Shown here piece by piece: positions 56,380 through 64,000 of a stretch of 64,000 nt of DNA. The translations under genes and the position numbers were made by a program. Position 1 is the stretch's first letter; each line of letters starts with the position of its first letter. The DNA comes from Octopus vulgaris (taxonomy: Eukaryota), in NCBI GenBank assembly GCA_951406725.2, contig OX597824.1, positions 27,466,001 to 27,530,000 on the forward strand, read 5' to 3'. The notes under the pieces are model-generated. The model was not told where the DNA came from and did not search any database. It worked only from the letters and a program-made list of their open reading frames with translations.

Positions 56380-56543
56380 TACAACAGGCTTCTTTCAGTT
56401 TCCTCTACCAAATCCACTCACAAGGCTTTGGTCGGCCCGAGGCTATAGTAGAAGACACTTGCCCAAGGTGCCACGCAGTGGGACTGAACCCGGAACCATG
56501 TGATTTGTAGACAAGCTACTTACCACACAGCCACTGCTGCGCC
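56125..56543 (-). mobile_element. Full-length family-A SINE
   Basis: Reverse complement of the 30495 copy. Confidence 0.92.
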
Positions 56544-56758
56544 TATACATGCTTATATGTTGTATGAAAGTATGTGAACAAGCAATAAGATCCGAAAACC
56601 GAATGGAATAATTGTCGCGTACAGAGTACATCCAGTCATTCGTGAATGTGTAATGGAAATAAAAATTATTTTTATGTATTTGTGTACATTTAAACTAATT
56701 AAATATTATTTTAACGAATAATAGAATTAAAATTTCTTTGATTAAAACCCTTTCTGAC

Positions 56759-57767
56759 ATGGACGTATCCAAAGAGTATTTGAGGCACATAATGCTTTAT
56801 GAGTACAAAAAAAGAAACTCTGCAGCCGAAGCGACTCGACACATACACTCAGTTTATGGGAAACAATGCTTGAATGAAAGAACTTGTAGAAGATAGTTTG
56901 CAAAATTCAGAAGTGGAGATTTCATCCTTGAAGATGAAGATTGAATAGGACGTCCAGTTGAGTTTAATGATAAGCTCATTGAGGCATTACTTGAAGAAAA
57001 TTTTGCATTATCAGTTGAAGAATTAGCAATAAAGCTTAGTTCAAACCATACAACTGTTCATCGTCATCTTCAACAACTTGGAAAATGGGTGCCTCATGAA
57101 TTGTCCAAAAGCAACCGCAAATCCCGAGATGACATCTACTCTTTTCTCCAATCTCGCGAACTCACTTCATCCTTTTTGGATAGACTTGTGTCTGGTGACG
57201 AAAAATGGATCCCCTATCGAAAAGTTAAACTTCGTAAACAGTGGCTTGGTAAAAGGAAGAAAGTTCAACTACAACCCCAAAGGGAACTCCATGGGAAAAA
57301 GGTTCTTCTCTTTATCTGGTGGGATTGCAAAGGAGTAATTCACGTTGAATTGTTACCACTTAATGCAACAATTAGAGCTCAAGTCTAATGTCAGCAACTA
57401 GAACGGTTCAACGAAGCCTTGAAGAAAAGAAATCGCTTTAGTGAATCAAAAAGGAGTGATGTTTCATCAGGACAATGCGCGACCCCACACTGCAAAGATC
57501 ACATCACAGAAGATCGAAGAGCTTGGTTAGGAAAAAATTCCTCATCCACCTTATTCTCCTGACCATGTTCCTTCAGACTACCATTTGTTTTGTAGTTTAC
57601 AGAATCATTTGGGGGACATAACTTTCGCAAGCCAGGAGGAGGTCGAAACTCACATTTCAGAGTTCTTCGCATTGAAACCAAAAGTGTTTTACATTGATGG
57701 GATTAAAAAGCTCGTAAATAGATGGAAGGATGTCATAGATAATCAGGGAAAGTACATTGATGATTAA
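56759..57767 (+). pseudogene. Mariner (DD34D) transposase pseudogene
   Basis: MDVSKEYLRHIMLYEY HTH start, GRP, WVPHEL, SGDEKW, WWD, FHQDNARPH, HPPYSPDHVPSDYHLF, GIKKL..RW..GKYIDD; stops and frameshifts; 3' TIR-like cggacagaacttatgggataacctgata at ~57819-57846; 5' TIR not seen. Confidence 0.95.
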
Positions 57768-58254
57768 ATTTCAATTAAATATAACATTTGATTCACTTGT
57801 TTTTTTTAATTAAAAATTCGGACAGAACTTATGGGATAACCTGATAATATATCATAATAATATTTGATTCTTCGATTTGAAGCGACAACTTTTAAATGCA
57901 AACAAATTATTGAAAAATGATGAGCTAACTCCAGCCAGAACCGAACCTACAAATAAACGCTAACACGGCTCCATGCGCATTCGATTAGGTCAAACGCTCG
58001 CCCATCCATTTCAGTCAAATTTATATACAAACATATCAAACTATGTGAAACGAAGGCATTTCTCTTCCACTTTTTATATACGTTTTCCACATATTTTCAA
58101 CTAGCGGTTCGGTAAAAGATCGAAAGATTAAGTAACAGGCTTTAAAAACGAAAATAATCACTAGGGTTGATTCATTCGACTTAAATTTCTTCAAGGCGGT
58201 ACCTCAGGAAGTAAAGGATAAAAAATACTCCATCTATCAACTAACCGTCGAAAC

Positions 58255-58642
58255 GTGTTTATCCCCTTGTGGGTAGAAAAGAAATAGGCATTTCGTCTGC
58301 CGCTACGTTCTGAGTTCAAATTCCGCCGAGGTCGAGTTTGCCTTTCATCCTTTCGGGTTCGATTAAATAAGTACCAGATGCGCACTGGGGTAGATCTAAT
58401 CGACTTAATCCGTTTGTCTGTCCTTGCTTGTCCTCTCTGTGTTTAGCCCCTTGTAGGTAGTAAAGAAATAGTTATTTCTCCTGTCTTTACGTTCTGGGTT
58501 CAAATTCCGCCGAGGTCTACATAGTCTCTCATCTTTTCGGGGTCGATAAATTAAGTTCTAGTTGCGTACTGGGGTCGAGCTAATCGACTGGCCTCCTCCC
58601 CAAAAATTTCGGGCCTCGTGCCTAGAGTAGAAAAGAATATTT
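58255..58642 (+). mobile_element. Headless family-B SINE body concatemer (184-bp period)
   Basis: Units start at 58288 and 58472, preceded by the tail of another unit. Confidence 0.82.
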
Positions 58643-59017
58643 TAAAGAAGCACTGTACGTAATTGTAATTCACTTCCTAACCGATAATTTTAATACTATC
58701 ATTGAAACATTATTAACTTTGAACGGCTCTAAATTATCTTCACTTATTTGTTTGTTAATATTTTTATCTGTTAATAATTTTCAATGTTTTATTTAATTTC
58801 GTTAATGAAATTCCGCTTAATAAAATGCGCCTAAGGAAACTCGTATAAATTTATGTTTATACACAACCGCGCGCGCAAACACACGCAAACACACACACAC
58901 ACACACACACAAACTCATATACTCCCAAACAAAATCGTGTATACTGAAATTATAACACAATGAAAGAATTAAAAATATTTTTAAAAATGTGAATATTGGT
59001 AAACTGAACGTGAAGAT

Positions 59018-59049
<32 letters not shown>

Positions 59050-60432
59050 GATAATGAGAGAAAGAAATGTAAAACAACAAAGATTAAACAAAAGGAAGAA
59101 AAATAAACATCAGTTTTAAGATCCATAATTTGTGAGAAAAATATGGCGGAAATTTTTCAACTAATTTTTATAATTAAATCCGACAAAACAATCCTACTAA
59201 TACTATTGCCGCTTCTTATCTTTTATTCTAGCAACATTTTGTAGTTTCTTGTTGACATCTTCCTACCAGCCTCACAAATTATAGAAGCTGTCCATGTGAT
59301 TTCTTACAAATAATCTTAAGTCAGTTGGATATTATTGCTTAAAGCTATATTCGACATTGTCTGTATTTCAACACCACTATAGAAGAAGATGGCAGCTTTG
59401 TATTAAATCTCTTCGCTTTTGCATCATTCAGGAAGCAGTGCAGTATCCTCACAATGTTAATTATCTTGCACTATCTGCATTGCAAAGCATTAGCCATTAA
59501 TTAGTTGCTCAAGTAATTGGCTTCACTTAATTCGTTTCTATGACGTCACTGTAATTTATACGGCTACTGTCATTCATGGAAGATGTCACTGGTTTAATCA
59601 CCGCCGTAATAATTAATTAGGAGTTGTACTTGTTTGGCAAGTGACTTGATCACTAACCACGTGATGAAGCTGAAACAATTATATTGTAGAAGAGTAATTT
59701 TAGCCATTTAAAAACACACTAAACCTGTCATATTCACTCTCCTCTTAGTTCATAATAATACGATCAATTACGAACAACTAAAAGTCTTTGTCACACGTCT
59801 ATGACAATATTACTGATACAAATATAAAGCATCCGTTTAAAAATAAGTTACAGATGTTATATTTGCTTCTGTTGTTCTCTTTCCATGCAAATCTTTTCCT
59901 TCTACATGCATTTATGTCTTTTAGCTACCTCCAGCTGTACAGAAGGTAATTTTAGATATATTCTTTTATATCTTGATTAGTATATATTTTGTTTTTAATC
60001 TTGATATATGTTTCCGTTCCTTCTCCTCTATAATAGCCGTTACAACAGTTGAGAGATGGATCTTTAGTCATATTCAGATATGATTCTCTCTCTATTATCT
60101 CCATCTGTAAGTTAAAATTAGTTAAATGTACAAGTTAGACGATCTGTATTTTTCCAACGCGTTGGCAGCAGGGGTTCATCGGCGAAGTCTGTGTTGAATA
60201 TGAAGACAAATTTGAGAGTGGCAGGGAATGAAAGGAAAGCGGATATTGGCCATTACTGTCGACCTGCCAGCTGGAAGACACTAGTTTAAGTTGAAAAGGC
60301 ATAAGGAAATTTGGACTCGACAGGATGATTTTCTCACGGTTGAAAACCACAGTTAAAAGTATGTGGGGCTATTATACATATATGTATATGCGTATATACG
60401 TATATGCAAACATATACTCGTGTATATGTATG

Positions 60433-60529
<97 letters not shown>

Positions 60530-60531
<2 letters not shown>

Positions 60532-60759
60532 GGCGAGCTGGCAGAAACGTTAGCACGCCGGGCGAAATGCGTAGCCGTATTTCGTCTGTCGTTACGTTGT
60601 GAGTTCAAATTCCGCCGAGGTCGACTTTGCCTTTCATCCTTTCGGGGTCAATAAATAAAGTACCTGTTACGCACTGGGGTCGATGTAATCGACTTAATCC
60701 GTTTGTCTGTCCTTGTTTGTCCCCTCTATGTTTAAACCCTTGTGGGCAATAAAGAAATA
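60530..60759 (+). mobile_element. Full-length family-B SINE
   Basis: Canonical head and body. Confidence 0.9.
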
Positions 60760-60917
60760 TATATATATATGTATATATATATAAATGTACATATACATAT
60801 AATTCATACCCACACAAAATATATTGTTCCAAATTTCGGTTAGCAATTTCTTGAAAGTCTAAGCTTAAAGACAGACGAAATGCTACTAAGAGTTTTGCCT
60901 CGCGTGCTAACGATTCT

Positions 60918-61141
60918 TATTTCTTTATTTCTTACAAGAGGCAACGCACAAAGGGAGCAAACAAGGACAGACAAACGGATTAAGTCGATTATATCGACCC
61001 GAGTGCATAACTAGTACTTATTTAATCGACCCCGAAAGGATGAAAGCAAAGTCGACCACAGCGGAATTTGAACTCAGAACGTAGCGGCAGACGAAATACG
61101 GATACGCATTTCGCCCGGTGTGCTAACGTTTCTGCCAGCTC
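60918..61141 (-). mobile_element. Family-B SINE, inverted relative to 60530
   Basis: Reverse complement of the 60530 copy. Confidence 0.88.
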
Positions 61142-61193
61142 ATTACTTCACACGCTTAAAATATGGTAATACATATTTATATACGCTTTCTGT

Positions 61194-61534
61194 TATTCTT
61201 TTATTTGTCTCAGTCGTTTGACTGCGGCCGTGAGGGAGCACCGTCTTTAATCGAACAGGCCTTATTCTTTGTAAACCTAGTACCTATCCTATCGGTGTCT
61301 TTTGCCGACCCACTAAGTTACGGGGACGTAAACACACCAAAATCGGTTGTCAAACGATGCTGGAGGGACAAACACAGACAGGTGTTTCTTTCAGTTACTG
61401 TCTACCAAATCTACTAACAAGATTCTAGTCGGTCTGAGGCTATAGTAAATGACAGTAGTTCAAGGTGCCACGCAGTGGGACTGAACCCAGAACCATGTGG
61501 TTGGGAAACAAGCTTCTTCTCGCACAGCCACGCC
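61194..61534 (-). mobile_element. Degenerate family-A SINE
   Basis: caaggtgccacgcagtgggactgaacccagaaccatgtgg. Confidence 0.82.
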
Positions 61535-61569
61535 TTACAAAACGTATTTATGTATACAGTTCTGTGTTT

Positions 61570-61797
61570 AAGAGATTAGGAATTATGTACATTATATACA
61601 TTATTTACATTGTTTACATTCAACGGATATTTGTCCTCATCTTGTTTGTTGCTAACACAGGAATGAGAACGCATGTTCGAAATTTCCCCAAGACATCCGA
61701 AGAAGGCTGAAGGGTATATCAGCCGAATCGTTGTTTAAACAACAAACAAGATGAGGACAAATATCCATCAAATGTAAATAATGTAAATAATGTACAT
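61570..61797. mobile_element. Fold-back mini-element enclosing a degenerate hammerhead (61693-61736, +)
   Basis: Arms ~61595-61659 and 61732-61797; CCGAAGA-A-GGCUGA..UCAGCC-GAAuC-GUU. Confidence 0.65.
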
Positions 61798-62114
61798 TTA
61801 TGTATGTCTATCTACATAAATAGCTTAAACTGACATAGTTAAATATAAAGTCAATTAACAACGAAGGGAGACTACAAAATATTAAGAGGGCACATACAAA
61901 GGAAAAGAGAAGAAAACAAACAATTCTAAGCTTAGAGACATTGGACAGTGATTAATTTTCAACAGATGCCACGTAATGAGAACACTTATGTGCTTGGCGA
62001 TGCATTATATTCTCTGTCCTCTTTAGATATAAAAGGAAACTGTATAATGTCAGTCATGTGTGTCGGTTGATAACTGTCATGATACTGGTGTGATGTAATT
62101 ACGTGATATGATAA

Positions 62115-62340
62115 TTAATCCTTTCTGCTTTTGGGGATAAAGGTCTGAAATTTTAAGGGGAGAGTATTAGTCGATTACATAGATCCCAGTACTGAGCTGG
62201 TACTTATTTTACCAGCCCCGAAAGGATGAAAAAGGATAGAGTCGACCTGGGCAGAATTTGAATTCGGAACTTAAAGAACCAGAAGAAACGCCGCTTAGCA
62301 TTGTGTCCGACACGCTCATGATTCCGCTAGCTCACTACCT
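62115..62340 (-). mobile_element. Degenerate family-B SINE
   Basis: ccccgaaaggatgaaa..gtcgacctgggcagaatttgaa. Confidence 0.7.
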
Positions 62341-62343
62341 CCT

Positions 62344-62394
<51 letters not shown>

Positions 62395-62475
62395 AACTAC
62401 TACTGCTGCTACTATTAGTATTATTATTATTATCATTATTATTATTATTATTATTAGTAGTAGTAGTAATAGTAA

Positions 62476-62510
<35 letters not shown>

Positions 62511-63216
62511 TACTATGTAGTGTATTGTGAGTGCATAACGAAGTACCACGTACCTGCATATCTTTAATGTTTACATACCAGCCCCAGGAATGTGTCTAAT
62601 ATGTAAATTGATATATCCAATAACTTAACACCGCTGTATGCGGTGGCTATATAAGGAATGTGTTCGGAAGAAACAGTAGGTTAAATGATAGCTGAAGAAG
62701 GGGCAACAGACCCTGAAATATGACATATACACTTATTACCCATTTTTTTCTTCAATCACATTGTCTATTTACATCTGAGGTCTCGATACGAAACGTTACA
62801 GCAACAATCAGTGCTGGCTATTAGTTCTATAGGATATATAAAGCAATAATCGTAACAAAATAATATAAAAGCACTGCTGACGCAATGGAACGTAGTACTG
62901 ACTTATGAAAACATTTAGTATACCTTGTCTAAAAGAAGTAAAATGTAAAAGCCATGTCTATAAGATAAGCACCGGATTCATTGAAAGTTTAATCAGATAT
63001 CAACTACTTTATATTACCACAATATGTTGAACAAAGCTTACACCGCCCTGTACATACACACTGTCACACCCACACGATCATATACACACCCACTCTAATT
63101 CTTTTCATACACACACTCATGCACACTCACACATATATTTCAACATATTCACTCAGAAATACACACAGACGGTACATCCACGACCATCTCGTCCTTCTGT
63201 ATATTCTAATCTGATA

Positions 63217-63615
63217 AGCAACGGTGTGGCTGTGTGGAAAGTTGTCTGCTTCCCAACCACATGACTTCGCGTTCTGTCCCACGGCGTGGCTCCTTGAGCA
63301 AATGCATTCTGCTACAGCGTCGGGTTGACCAAAGCCTTCTGAATAAATTTGGTAGATGGAAATCAAAAGAAATCCATCGTATATATTATATGTGCATTAT
63401 TTTGTGTGTGTGTGTGTTTGTATCTATCCCCACCACCACTTGACAATCGTGATTGTGCGTATTCATTCCGGTAACTTAATGGTTCAGAGAACGGATCGAT
63501 AGGATAAGTGTCAAGTTTGAGAAAATAAGGACTGGGATCGATGCGTTCTCTAAAATTCTTCGAGGCGGTGCCCCAGCATGGCTGAAATCTAAATCACTGA
63601 AACAAGTCAAATATA
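63217..63615 (+). mobile_element. Diverged family-A SINE
   Basis: gtgtggctgtgtgg head..ggcggtgccccagcatggc..actgaaacaag. Confidence 0.8.
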
Positions 63616-63669
63616 AATGATAAAATCTGAAATCCGTAAGTATTGATCTGAGGTTTATTTTTCTGTTCC

Positions 63670-63952
63670 TTTGCAAGCCATGTTTGGCTCATAATGAGCC
63701 GGTTTCCCGGTTTCATTGGCATATAGGTTCCCCACATGGATGAGATGCCGGTCCATCGCAGGTGAGCTGCAAGATGCAGGAAGAAAGAGTGAGAGAAAGT
63801 TGTGGCGAAAGAGTCAGCAGAAGTTCGCCATTACCTTCTGCTGGAGCCGCGCGGAGCTTGGGTGTTTCACACACATCGCTCGGTCTGATATTCGAACCCG
63901 CGATCCCTCGACCGCGAGTCCGCTTCTCTATCCACTAGGCCATGTGCCTCCA
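63670..63952 (-). mobile_element. tRNA(Arg-UCG-like) SINE, head C with tail Y
   Basis: Minus strand ggaggcacatggcctagtgg..cggactcgcggtcg..ggttcgaat; the tail cctgcgatggaccggc resembles a V-domain-like motif. Confidence 0.85.
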
Positions 63953-64000
63953 CATTGATCTGTGGTACAGGCTGTTTTTTCTATTAGGTCAAAATCACGT

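Noticed and set aside
60135-60350. Possible host exon in unique sequence
   Set aside because: Short frames end in stops, with no recognisable domain or convincing splice-site pair.

Overview
AT-rich, repeat-dominated eukaryotic non-coding DNA, almost certainly from an octopus (coleoid cephalopod) genome, judged from the tRNA-derived SINE families and the extreme (TA)n/(TATG)n/(TATC)n/triplet microsatellite load. I found no credible host-gene exon. Nearly all ORF-track entries are microsatellite artefacts. Recognisable coding remnants are all from transposons: a Neptune-type Penelope-like element (GIY-YIG endonuclease, ~500-bp inverted pseudo-LTR; 18917-20829), a DD34D mariner (56759-57767, plus an internal fragment at 10809), a DD37D maT element (48557-49836), an R4/Dong-like RLE LINE 3' end and CR1-type RT tails. 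There are also a non-autonomous Helitron, Helentron/HINE-like tandem elements, hAT and mariner MITEs, and about 30 SINE copies. The most striking unexplained signal is about a dozen minimal type-I hammerhead-ribozyme-like motifs from many unrelated short element families. Most lie in or next to (TA)n. Several sit in fold-back (palindromic) mini-elements whose inversion junction falls in or next to the ribozyme, and one family forms a 260-bp tandem retrozyme-like dimer. All structures were read by eye; none was computed or tested.
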